Shown: positions 23,701 to 36,104 of the stretch, piece after piece
Numbering within the stretch: the first letter of the stretch is position 1
Layout of the letters: every line of letters starts with the position of its first letter
Assembly (NCBI GenBank): GCA_001643675.2
Contig: LSRY02000053.1
Location: forward strand, 434,001 to 498,000
Reading direction: 5' to 3'
DNA: 64,000 bases
Origin: Monocercomonoides exilis PA203
Lineage: Eukaryota; Protista; Preaxostyla
Made by a program: the position numbers and the translations under genes
The notes under the pieces: model-generated
What the model was told of the DNA's origin: nothing
Databases searched by the model: none
Seen by the model: the letters and a program-made list of their open reading frames with translations, nothing else

Positions 23701-26044
23701 TCACTTCTTCATCAAAGGAAAGACAACACGGAACTTCATTGTTGAACTGAATTGCGCTGAACGAACAATTCGTCAAGCAGATTGAGCCAACTGCTTCTGA
23801 AAACGTATCACACATCTTTTCAGAGCGGTTCGATAAAAGGCCTGCGGTTGATGATGAATATTGAAACGAATTCGATCCTTGGCTGTTTGTAGTGCTGCTT
23901 GGCTCAATTTTCCTTGTAATGTATATCAGACTGTGTGAGTCGTTGTAACATGTGTGTGCGTTCAGCTTTATGAAATTCACAGAAACCACAGGCGAAATAG
24001 CAAAAACGCCGTTGCTTTTATTCATCCAGGTGCTAACTTCAAAATCGTTGACTTCGAATTTGCCTCCGCAAACACACGCAAAGCACGAAATTCCTTCAGG
24101 ATCCGAAGAGAAAGAAGACGGAGAAGTTGAATCAGCCATCGTTTCTGTTGATTTCACTTCGTTGGTTATGCACGACTTTATCAACGTATACTCTGCAGAA
24201 GCCTCCACAAATAGAATGCATCTCGGCTTTGACAAGCTAATAAACTGGTTCGGAAACGTAATTGACAGCCTTTCAAGATAGACGCTCTTCGTCACTGAGA
24301 GAACCCCTTTGCTCTCTCCGCTGTCAAAAGAGTCTGAAATCACAAATCGATCGTAATCTTCATTCTGAGAACGCTCGCTAAGATGTGCTGATGAAGATGC
24401 GGATTGAGAGAAGGATGACGAAAAAGAAGAGGAAAATGAGGAAGAGGAAGAGGAAGAGTAGGAGGAGGAGGAAGAAGAAGAATCCAACTCTGACGCTGAT
24501 GCTGAATTTGACTGAGAATTTGATGCATTCTTGAAGCCCTTGATGCGAATCGAAGCAACATGCACTGCTTTGGAAATCTTCGACTGTGTGTGAATCACTA
24601 TTGTTGGCACAGCTTCGCCCCCGCTGCTACTCATGCCGAGATGGCTGACACCGTATTCGACGGTGGAGCACTCCACTCCGATCCTCCCGCACCCGTGCCA
24701 GTCGCCTTCGCCGTAACTGTTCACGTGGATTTCGTCCGTCATTATCCCCACAACATCCACCAAGCAGATGCATTGATCCTTTTTGTCATAAGTTGATCCG
24801 CACAAAAAATCCTTTGTGGCCGAAACTGGACCGTCTACTGGATATTCATCAAACACAATTTGGTTTTTGCGCAGAAATGAGAAGTCTTCACAAAAGACAA
24901 AAATCACATCTCCACTGAAAGACCCACAGTCTTTCACAGAAACATCTTTGATCAGAAAGGGCACCACACTCAGTACATCGTTGCAGTACATATACAGCAC
25001 GCTCCCTCCAAGCGTCCATTTCTTGTCCGAGCAGTTTGTAAACTTGCAGCCATCTATTTCAGCTCTGCACTCAACAGCATAAGAATCAGAGCATGCTGAA
25101 CAAAAGGAATGCTCATATGATGTAAAAGAATTGCTTCTTTCCAATCCACCAATGGTTGTCTGAAACACACCTCCTCTTGAGTTTGAAGACACAATATTTG
25201 AAAACGTCGAATTTATCACGAGTAAATTAATCGGAGTGTTCTTGTCAACGTCCAACATAGCTGATGATTCCTTTCCAATAATTGCTAAATCACTGATTTC
25301 TGAAGATGTAATATTGATGTCAGCAAACTTTGGTTAAAAAAAGCACATATGCAATTATCAAATAAAAGATATATTTACAAAATGAAGTGCCACACACTGT
25401 AACACTTTTCACAGCTATAACAGAATGTCCCTCAAATTTATGAAGCCAATTCTCAAAGTCTGACAACGACAGCTTTCCAAACGAAAGGCGGAAAATATTC
25501 ATTTCTTGACTCGGTTGCTTTTCTAACGTGCTCATTCCAATCCTTAATTCCTTCCCAACAAACGAGCTCATGTTGTTTGTCGATTTCCCTTCAACTGCAA
25601 ACCAACAGCTCGGGCCATCGCAGCTGATGCTGTTGATGAACAAATCGTCAACAATAAGCTCTGACAAAACCCTAGTAAAACAGTCCCCCTTTTCCATGTT
25701 TAACGAAAGCTGCGTACAGGTTATTAAACTTCGGATAATAACCGTCTTTCCCTCAATTCTAACATCAGAGATATTCTCTACAGCAGTATCTTTTAAGAAC
25801 TTCAAATGCAATTCTGTGTTTTCTGAATCAACGCTGAGCGCATATGCAATAGATTTGCAAGGCTTATGATTTGAATAACCACATTTTGGATCATCGATCA
25901 CTCCTTCGTCAGAAACACGCCTCTCTCTTGGCTCCTATAAAATTAGTCTAAATTAACGTTAATCACAACAGAAAATGTGCAAACTGAGCGAGCAAAAAAG
26001 AAAAATAGCAAAAATGTGAATAGTCTCGAACATATAATCAACAT
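20792..26044 (-). CDS. ~1700-aa type I membrane (receptor/adhesin-like) protein of the Cys-motif surface family
   Basis: Exon 1 from ATG 26044 encodes signal peptide MLIICSRLFTFLLFFFFARS. Introns 25935..25984 and ~25328..25397 join it to the 1488-aa ORF. Motifs CGYSNHKPCKSI, GCGRIGVECSTV and GCGNERSPCKTF. TM helix IGVVLGISIPIACLAIVAVVLTLVILVW is followed by RRRKKKR and a Ser-rich tail. Confidence 0.85.
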
Positions 26045-26486
26045 TTGTAGCTATTTTTTCTCAAGCACAAAATGTATGTGGATAAACAATAATCAATATA
26101 AATTTACAAAAATTTCAATTTTTTAACTCAAAATCAATACAATAAAACTTTGACTAAACCTTAATAAATAATTCACATTGGATAATTACAATTGTTAAAT
26201 TATGTTTTTGCAAAAATAGTTCAAATTTCTAATTTTGTGTTGAAGAGTTTTATTGGAACTGCATTTGTTACATGCTTTTATTGAACAGTTTCTTATGAAT
26301 GATAAAAGAAATTTGACATTAACATAACAATGAACAGAATAATTATGTTGTATATTCTCATAAATACAATTGAAGTGAGAAGTCATCTGGAATTGAAAAG
26401 TAAAATTTGTCTCACGTTGCTTGAAGGTTTGAATCCTCTGTTGAGATTTTTCCACTCTATCATGTTCTTCTGAGAAAAATTTAAAA

Positions 26487-26517
<31 letters not shown>

Positions 26518-27087
26518 TGGAAAAATAACAAAAATATCACTTCTAGACTTTATTTCTTTGTGTATAAAAGTTGTTTAATGAAAAGCATATTTGGTTATCC
26601 TTTTTGAAATCAAACTTTCGTTTGAGTTTCAATTTAAAAAAAAAAATACTCTTCAATGGGAATAAGTGAAAAGGGGAACAAAACACAAGCAAATGCTGAC
26701 AATAAAATATGAGAAAATAGATCAATAATAATAATAATAATAAATTCCCATATGAAAAAAAACAAAATTGATTTAAACTCGTACGAAAGAACGATTTCAA
26801 AAAGGATCAGCCAAATTAATCCATAAAAAATAGAAGAATGAATGAAAACTCTCAAATAGCAATTGAAAATAAAATAAGCGATTGGAATGAGAGAAAGCGA
26901 GCAAGTCATGAAAATTATCAATTGAAAATTAAAGAAACGTCTATTTGAGAATGATTTAATGACTATATAATTCAAATATTAATATGTATCTTTCTTTTTT
27001 TTTCCCTTTCTTTCTTTCTTTCTTTCTTTCTTTTGATGACAGATTAAAAAAAGTCAACGTTTGCTTTTATTCATTTTCTTTTCTTTC

Positions 27088-29487
27088 TTATTTCAATGAG
27101 CATTCAATGAACTCTTCCAAATACCCTTTGCATTCAAACACTTGTAACCAAATGACAAGAATTTCTTCCACGGCTTCTGACACATGATCTGGATTATATT
27201 TTTCATTTAGCTTCAAATTAATTTTTTTTCGTAATTTCGGAATATCTTCCATAGCTTCCATTGCAATAGCAAAACGCGCAATGATCTTGTATTCATCATT
27301 GGGCTGCAATAAATCAGGCAAATCTTGTTCTTTTTGGTACATTTTTGATTCGCTCAAAGACTTTGAAGATTCTGCCATTGCTCGTCTGCTCTCAAATGCA
27401 CTGTGAGTGGAAGGTGTTGCAGATGATGATGGAGTTGTTGAAGAAGAAGCTTCATTGTCAAAATTTGTTTCTTCTGCCTTTTCTCTTTTCACTTCATTGA
27501 TATACTCCTTAGGAATAAACATTTGTGCAAAGCGATACAATTTCACAATTATTTCGGCATATTTCCCCCACATCTTGTCGCATTCTTCGCAAAATTCCAA
27601 GCAATCACTCAACTTTGCTTTCTGTAAACTCCAGTATTCTTTCATAATTTTCAACTTTCCACATATATTCTCCTTCTCGTTTCTTTCTTTCTTCTTTTTG
27701 CGTTTTTCACTATCTATTTCAACATTTCCACTCATTCTGCTAATCAATTCTTCGTAACGCGAAATAACAGTCCTCGTTTTTTCGCTTTTGTCCCTTTCAA
27801 ACTTTTTCATGATGATCCTGTATTCCTTAATTTTCTGAGCATTTGATGGAATATCTCTCATTGGTGCAGATAGCTCTATTATTCCTTTGCACTCACTCGT
27901 CTTATTCGCAAACCTCATCGGCACACCCAATCCTGCTAATGCGTATGCAATATTCCCTATATATCTCCATGTTCTTGGTGCATGAAATGTTCCTTGTATT
28001 ACTCCATCTTTGATGCACAGTTTGTGCTTCTCATCGTTGTATGTGTATTCATTTCCAGGAATAAACTTGGCAGTGGCATTCGGAACATCAATTTGCTGTT
28101 TAATTACAACCGTATTTGACGAGTAGCCTTCATTTTTGAAGAATTCAATAGTGTCGAATCTCACAGGATCATCTCTGTCAAGTTCGCTGATCATCTCTTG
28201 GTATTTGCACATTTCGTCCTCATACACTTGAGCAGCGGCACGGCAACGTTCGATTTCGATCTTTAATGATTCGATAGGCTTATAAGTCATTCCGTCCATC
28301 GCTTCATCAATTTTTTGCACATCTCTGTTAATGCTATTGTATAATTTGCTTGTTTCACTTGCAAGCATCTCACATGTATTTGCAACGTCTTTCAGAAAAT
28401 TTGGAATTCTTCGTCTTCCTCTCATTGCTGATACCAGCCAATAATACTTATTTGCCATTGTCGTGATTGAATCAATAAACGAGTTATAATAGTCCGAGTT
28501 AAATTCAAGATTCACATCGCAAGGATCCCTGTAATTATTCAAATCCTCAATCTTTTCAATAATTCGTTCAATGGAGCAAGCTAATGTTGGATCATAATAA
28601 AGCAGTCTGCCTTCATCAATTGCCTTGTCCCACAGATAGATGATTTGCATTTCTTTCAAGCCAATTCTAACTTCTTCTGCTTCCTTTCCCGTCGCTCCTT
28701 TTTCTTTGCGCAAAAGTGTTTCAATAATTTGTTCAAGTGTCATGCTTGTTGACACCTCAGAAAATCGTTTGACAATTTTTATTATTGTGGCATTTTTGAG
28801 TTTTTCAATATTCTCAATTAACTTACCTTGAGCTTCTTTTATTATTCCTTCTGCATCTGCTCTTCCATCATACGAACCGGATTCCTCTTTCGCTTGCAAA
28901 CGATCTTTCATTTTAATTATCCTTTTTTCTTGGCATTTGTTTGCGAGGAACAAAATTGGTATTTCCTTGTTTCTGCATTTCTTGTTCAGTATTTCCATAT
29001 CAGCATGTGCCTTTGTCAAATTGCTGTAATTTTCAAATTCTGTTATATAAACAATCATCACTTTTTTCGCGTATTTGTGATAGAACTGCAAGATCAACGA
29101 ACTGAGCACATCTTTATCAACATCTAATTCTTCCCCTAAGAATCCACGTGTGTCGAGCAAGGTTATTTCATCATTCAGTTTGTATGCCTCTGGTAAAACA
29201 GTTTCTGATGTTATTCCCTTTCCCATTGCTGCTGTTTTCTCCAAACTTGTTTTAACAACAAGTTTTCCATCATCATCTTCTTCCATTTCCATTCCTCTTA
29301 GCCTGTTTATTAAGGTGCTTTTTCCAACCTGACTTCTTCCAAAGATAAGGACAAGATTTTTGAATTTCTCAGATTTGTTGCATCCCTTGAAAAATTCATT
29401 CAGTATTTGCAACAGTTCCTTTTGCGAAAACAAAACTTTTTCATCTTGCGTTTTATCGTCTTTTGATCGTTCAATGCGAGGAATCAT
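27088..29487 (-). CDS. Intronless ~800-aa TRAFAC-class P-loop GTPase with long helical/coiled-coil C-terminus
   Basis: G1 IFGRSQVGKST, G2 GITSET, G3 LLDTRG, G4 FLANKC. The first in-frame ATG is at 29487 (the ORF track starts at TTG 29523). Uninterrupted ORF. Confidence 0.85.
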   Translation of the reverse strand: MIPRIERSKDDKTQDEKVLFSQKELLQILNEFFKGCNKSEKFKNLVLIFGRSQVGKSTLINRLRGMEMEEDDDGKLVVKTSLEKTAAMGKGITSETVLPEAYKLNDEITLLDTRGFLGEELDVDKDVLSSLILQFYHKYAKKVMIVYITEFENYSNLTKAHADMEILNKKCRNKEIPILFLANKCQEKRIIKMKDRLQAKEESGSYDGRADAEGIIKEAQGKLIENIEKLKNATIIKIVKRFSEVSTSMTLEQIIETLLRKEKGATGKEAEEVRIGLKEMQIIYLWDKAIDEGRLLYYDPTLACSIERIIEKIEDLNNYRDPCDVNLEFNSDYYNSFIDSITTMANKYYWLVSAMRGRRRIPNFLKDVANTCEMLASETSKLYNSINRDVQKIDEAMDGMTYKPIESLKIEIERCRAAAQVYEDEMCKYQEMISELDRDDPVRFDTIEFFKNEGYSSNTVVIKQQIDVPNATAKFIPGNEYTYNDEKHKLCIKDGVIQGTFHAPRTWRYIGNIAYALAGLGVPMRFANKTSECKGIIELSAPMRDIPSNAQKIKEYRIIMKKFERDKSEKTRTVISRYEELISRMSGNVEIDSEKRKKKKERNEKENICGKLKIMKEYWSLQKAKLSDCLEFCEECDKMWGKYAEIIVKLYRFAQMFIPKEYINEVKREKAEETNFDNEASSSTTPSSSATPSTHSAFESRRAMAESSKSLSESKMYQKEQDLPDLLQPNDEYKIIARFAIAMEAMEDIPKLRKKINLKLNEKYNPDHVSEAVEEILVIWLQVFECKGYLEEFIECSLK

Positions 29488-29753
29488 TCTTGTTGAAAAA
29501 TTTTTTGGGCACCCATTATACAAATGTTAAGAAATTATTTTTTTTCTCAAGAGGAATTTGAGGTTTCAATGTGCAAAATGCAATTATCGATCTGTCATGC
29601 GCATGATCATTTTCTGAATAAATAAATCAGCATTATTTTCTTAAAATAAAAATGATATTTTTTTCTCTTTTTCTTTTCCATATTTTTTACATAAAAGGCA
29701 AAAATTGAATATGGTTTCTCTTTAGTTGATATGCTGCCATAAATGAAATGAGA

Positions 29754-29837
29754 AATGATGCTTTCTTCAATGGAAGCAGTATCACTCAATATCCATTCGA
29801 GAATTGTGGATCAGCAACCCCAACAAAAAGAGTCTGG
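29754..29837 (+). other. 84-bp orphan fragment of the Cys-motif surface-protein family
   Basis: NDAFFNGSSITQYPFENCGSATPTKRVW aligns without gaps to NDVLFYGSCITQSPFENCGSTTPTKRVW at 2239..2322(-). Confidence 0.85.
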
Positions 29838-31974
29838 AGCGTCAGAACATCTGCAAAAGGGATTATCAAACATTGCCCTCTTTCATCGCTTTTCCTCTTT
29901 ATTTTCTTCAATAAAATTCCATGTGTAATTTTTCCTATTCCTTTTCTTTCCTTTTCTTCCATTTCTTCTAATTCCTTATGCTTCCGCTCTGCTTCATCGA
30001 ATTCCTCCTTTCATGATGTTTTATTGACATCCTCCACTTCCTTCTCTTGGTTCTCAGAAATCCTATTCATTATTTCTTCCTTCTGCTTTTGTCTGCCACG
30101 TTCCTTCATAATTAACTTCACAACTTCATTTGGTTTCTCTTCATTCTCTCTTTTCTCTTCATCCTCCTCCTTCTTTCTCTTCTTTGTTTGCTTCATCCAA
30201 TTAATGTCTTTCCTGTCATCGACAAAATCTCTTCAATCCTTTCAGACAACGGCATAATTCAAGTGAACTGGTACCAATTGATCTGAGCGATTACGATTTT
30301 TGTTTAAAGGAAAAGAGGAAGGAACATTCAACAGCAGATGCTGCCAGAAGCAATGGCCGACAAGCACGATGAGTGCGAGTGCATTCGCAAGCGACTGAAG
30401 ATTGTTGTGGATGGAATTGATGAGAAGCTGCAAGAAGAAACAGTTTTTGAGTGAAGTTTCATAACAGTTTGAAAACAAATCAAAAAATAGAAAAAGAAGA
30501 GAAAGAAAGCGGAAAAAGAAATAAAAGATGAAAAAAAAAATGCATTTATAAATGAGACAATACCTCTTTTTCAAATAAGCTCATCTTCTCGCCTCTCAAA
30601 TTGAAGTTTCTTGCCTTTGATAATCTCTTCACAGCTGTTTGTTTTTTTTTAAAAAAAGTTAAAAGAATAGCAATGATACACCGAAAGAGAAATAGAAAGA
30701 AAAAACAAAAGCGAAAATATGAAATTATAATTGTCCAAAAAGGATGAGTAATTTTTTATATTTTTTATGATTTCTTTCTTTCTTTCTTTCTTTTTCATTA
30801 ATATTTTTTTTAAAAAAAATCAAATATCAAAATATGACTTTATTTGGATAACACACCTCAATTTGATCAAACACTTCAATTGCAGTCTGTTCTGTCTTGG
30901 CAGATTCATTTTGATATCGTTCGTGTTGCTTCAAGTTTTGCCTCGAACTCCATGCTGATATTGGAGAATCAACAACTGTTAACATAACAACCAAAAATAA
31001 TAATTTTCCAAAAAACGTAACAAGCATCTTCACAGATAAATACGCAACAAGCTGTAACACCATTGAACGATTAATATGTTGAAATGAACTCAAAAATTCA
31101 GTTGCAATTTGATTTCGAGATTGCTATAATCTTCCTTCTCCATCTCGAATTCTTTCATCTTCGCTCAACCTCAAAGCCTTTTGGAATGAAAGCTCTTTCA
31201 TTGCCCGATCAACGATGCAGCCCAATGTTGTCTCGATTCTGCACCTAACGCATTCAGTTATCATGTTTCCGAGCTTCAAAAAAATGTGGATTAACGAAAG
31301 CTTGATTCCCTCAATCAATTTTCCTTCAGCTCGAATTACCAACTCAAGAAACGACTAATAATAAAAGAATCCTAATATCTTATAACTATGCTCAATATAT
31401 TAAAATTGAGATTTTTATGGAAACAAGCAAACATTCTGACATAACAGAAAAAATCATTTCTATCAAGGAGTGCTTCCAGATGACACAAAACGTGAGCGTC
31501 AAAATTGAAATACTAATGCTTGCATTTTAATTTGGAGGTGAATGAAGCACACGCACGATTAATCATCAAACGGTTTCTTTTTTGTTTCCTCTTTGCATAG
31601 TTCTTTTCAAAGTCTTTTCTCTTCTTCTTCATGTTGCTAGGAATGTTGAAATGGAAATTATTTTTAATATTCAACATCGAACATTCGGGAATATTCACAA
31701 TATGTTCATAATATCATTCGTAACCCCATTCTTTTCATAAAATGAATTATTGTTGGTACGATCAAAAAGAAATAAAATTCTTTCATATTTGGCAATATAC
31801 TGCCAATTCAGTTGGCTTCTTTGTGATTTCTTTTTTAACAGAGATTTTTTACCTGAACAAATTAATTGAGTTTGACTTTATCTTTGTTTTGTCAACAATC
31901 ATCAATGTTGTTTTTGTTTTTTGTTTTTCAGTTGAATTTTTGCGGAAATTTGATCTTTGCCAAAAATAGACAGA

Positions 31975-33447
31975 ATGGAAATATGCAATAAAGACAAATC
32001 CAATGATTATACGCAGGAGCTGTCATGCACAGATAAGTTTAATAGTTTGTGAATTTCAATTGTCGTTTAAAAGCATTTTAATTGATGCATTAACATAATT
32101 TTGGAAGAATTGTTTTTTGAACTGGATCGTTGTTCAGAAAACGAGCAGAAACTGATAATCGAAGAAATGAACGAACTCTTATTCGAAATGGATTTTTCAA
32201 ATTTGCGGTACATTTTTATTACTGAGTTGTTCGACAAAATGAACAAAATGAACAAAATGATTGAAGAAAAGAAACTTTCAATGGAAAATGCAATTTTGTT
32301 ATTGAAGCATGTTGGATATTGCAAAGTGATGAAAAATATATGGATTATGTACACAAAAGAATCTTTGTTGAAAAGAAGAATTGATAAGATGATTGCTGAC
32401 GAAAATGAGAAAAAAGAAGAAAAGAACGAAAATCTTCTTGTTGGACTTTGTGAATGCTATGTAGCTCTTAGTTATGACTTCCCTTCAGAATTACTTTCAA
32501 TATTTGTGCCTTGTCTTCTGAAAGCTTCATCGAGCAGAGAGGAAAACAAGGAAGCTCAAAAAGAAGTGGAAATGGCTTTGCTGACTTTAAACTATATTGA
32601 TTATTTCATGGCTTGATAACTTTTTGTGTTTTTATTTTTAAAAAAATTGATTTTTAATGATTTTCTTATTTCAAATTAGTTTATCGAACGAAAACTGTAT
32701 TTGAATGAAATCAAAGAAATCATAGAACATCATCAGGAACATCACAATCTGACTCGTCTTGCATATCAATCAGCTTGGCAGTTTTTGATGAACAGGTTGC
32801 CAAATAACAGTTTGGAAGAAGTTATTGTGAACGAGCTGCATTTTGCAAGGGATACAAGAAGAGAATTGGAAAGGCTGGTGAAGCAAGTGGATTTGAAGAG
32901 AAGAGAAGGGAAAACGAATGGAAAGGAAATGAAAGAGATGGCAACTTTAATGAGGTGGCTCGGATCATTGAACTCTTTCTTCAGAAAATGCAAATTGTGG
33001 AATGAAGAATTTGTTGGGATTATCAGATACGTTGTTCAGATATTTCGAGTATCAAAGGATAATTACAAAGAAATAAGCGGAATTTGCATATCTCCGCTTA
33101 TTTCAGCAGCCGATAACGGAGCAGTAAAAGTTGATTACTTGCTGAAAGGTGGAGCCATTGATGCACTTTTGGAGGAGATACAACAACCAACACTGAATGA
33201 CAAAATTGCGTTTTATGGATTGCAATTCTTAATGAGAGTTTCAAGACCATTGAAAGAAAAGAAGAAAGAAGAAATGGAAGAAGAGGAAAGAAAGGCAACG
33301 AAAAGGAAGGTTTTTGAAAAGCTGGAAGAAGAAGGATACGAAGATGCCATCATTTGCTTTCATAAAATATTCGATTTTTTAAACCTCAAATTTCGTTATG
33401 ACTTCAAATTATCTTTGAATATTTCTGATTATTTTGTGTATATCTGA
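31975..33447 (+). CDS. Copy C of 3-exon helical protein family (second intron GC-AG)
   Basis: ATG at 31975. Intron 32045..32107 is GT-AG. Intron 32611..32679 begins GCTTGA at the position of the GT donor in the paralogs and joins in frame. Stop at 33447. Confidence 0.8.
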
Positions 33448-36104
33448 GGAAATAAGACGCATTTCATTTAATGACTCAAAAACTGTATTTTTCATTTTGT
33501 GTCATTTCGCAAAATAACAAAAAAATTAATTGAAGAATTTTTTTGATTGTTTTTATTCCCTCTTTCAATAAAAAAGAAAAATCAAAAAAATCCATTATTT
33601 TTTATCACCATCAAAAATCTTCATCGAATGAATATCAGTCTTCCATCTTCTTCAAACAGATTCATTTTTTCGTATAAATTCAATTGTTCAGTTATTTCCT
33701 CTTGAAGCCTCTGGATAACTCCAATTTTTCTCTTTCTCATCGCAGTCTCAATGAATTCGAGAAGTGAGAGGCGAAATGCGATGTGAAAATTCTTGAGAAG
33801 AAAACAAGAGTATCAATATAGAAATGATTGTTGAAGAATGCAGATGTCAACTTCATGAGTTCCATAAATAACAGCAAACATGGCTGAAAAAGAAGCTGAT
33901 CCAATGCTCCAATTCAGGATGTGAATGACAGAACAAGTCAATCAGAATTTATTGCTCTTCACATTCTTCTCATTTTTGTTTAGTTTTTCATATCTCTTTG
34001 TTCTTTTTCTTTCTTTTCAATTTGTCTTCCTTCGCTTTTCTCTTCATTCCTTTTATCTCTTCTTCTTGAATAAGGATACTCGTTTCATTCATTTCACTCA
34101 AAAATATCAATCTTCACAATCTCAATCAAGTTTTCCTTCTTTCTCTTCCTTTTTCTTTTTTCATTCAGTTTTCATCTGCTTTTTCTTATTGACGGAGAAA
34201 GAGAAGATATCTCATTCACATTCTTTTCTAACAAAATCATCCAAAAGTTCTGCTCCAATTATATATCCTCTTCAGCTGCTTTGTTGCCACATAAATAAAT
34301 ATTTCTTCATTCATCAATCATTTTTCACTGTTATTCCGTTTCCTTGGCAGATCTCTCTCAATCTCTGTTCAAAATTGTTCTTTTCTTCTCCATTTTTCTT
34401 CAATTCATGAAATGTTCCAAAAATTCATTCTGCCAAATCCGCTTTTTTCTCAAGCCCAATACAAAAGCAATGCATTCATGAAAAAATAAAACCTTTTATT
34501 TTTGGTTTTTGAGAATGAATTGAAAAGACGAAAGAAATGAATCCATAGCATTGAGGCTAACGGTTGATGTATTCAATGGAAAAGTCTTCCTTTGTTTTTT
34601 CCCGTCCGTTCTCCAATACTTCTGTTTTTATAAACATTCAAAATGCAGAAGAAGAAGAAGAAGAAGAAGATGATGATGATGAGAAGAGAAGAAATGAAGA
34701 AGAAGATGAAGAAGAAGCAAATGCTGAATGATAAGAGTTCAACGCAATGACTGCTTTCGCAAACAAAGTTCTTGCAGCATCAGAGCTGAAGAAATAACGA
34801 AAGAAGAAAGAGAATTGAAATGAAAAATGAAAGAAAATGAGTTTGATGAGACTATTTGAGGGCGAATAAGCAGTAAAGGCCAACAAGATTCATCTGAAGG
34901 AAATGAAGAAACATTGGATGGATTCGAATTTCATAATAATTTGAAACAAGAGAAAGCAGATCCATTCCATGTTGCAACATGAGAATTTGATGGCTGTCCA
35001 AACAACATATTCTCAAATACGAAGAAGGTGTTCTTTCCATCTGCCAAATTGAAAAAATTTTGTTAATGAAGAAATTGAAGGAGAAGGAGAAAAAACAAAG
35101 TGATCCACATTGATGGAACTAGAAATGGATTGTCCCCGGGAATGACGCTCAACAGAAAAAATGCTGTTGGTTGTAATGGAAAAAAGATTAAAAAATAATA
35201 AAATAATAATAATTAGTTTTGCATTGATAATGAAAATTCCCTTAAAAGTTCACACCTGCTCTCCCTATTGCAAATGCAGAGGATTGTCCAATCACAAATG
35301 CTGCCAGACTCCTTTTCCATTGTTTCCTTGTGCTCCTTTCTCCATCATCCTTTTTTTCAATAAATATCCTGCTTTCAATGTTTTCATCTATTTTTCTCAT
35401 CAAAAAAATATTTCTGCATTTTTCTTTCCAAATGTTATCCAATTGTTGTCAATCCTTTTCGCTCCCATCCAAATGCTTTAAAATCGATTTTGTTTTCATC
35501 CCCTCTCCCGATTGAATACAAAAAATTTGTAATTCCCATCTTCTTATTGTCTCTCGGCATAGCTCTCTTCTTATGATCTCCTCAGAAAAGCAAAGGAATG
35601 ACCATTTATATATTTTATCAGATTCTTGGGCTCTGAGAAGACCACAGAGGGAAGCATCTTTAAAATGAACCAGAACCATTCAAAAAATACAAACATCAAT
35701 ATACTTTCTTTTATCTATTCAGAAATTGCTGTATTCCATCCAAATATGTTTTTCATAAAAATCATCTCGCCCAATTCCATCATCAATTTCCCGTCTTCTC
35801 TGTTTCGTTCCACCACACAAAATAAAATCGCATATCCTACAGAAAATATTCACTCACCAATTTCTCATTCAGCCTGTTGTAATGCCAGTCCAAATTATCT
35901 CTTTCGATCATTGTATCCATTACAAATAAAGAAAAATTGAAAAAGCGTTGTTTCTTTTCATAATCCTCAGCCAAAATGTCAACAAAAGAAAAAACAGTAA
36001 AAGCACATATTTTAATGACTCTTTTGAGCTTTTTTTTTCATCTATTTCTTCTGTCCAATGATATTCGAATTCAATGTGAACGCCAAAACTGCGTTGTATT
36101 CTGA

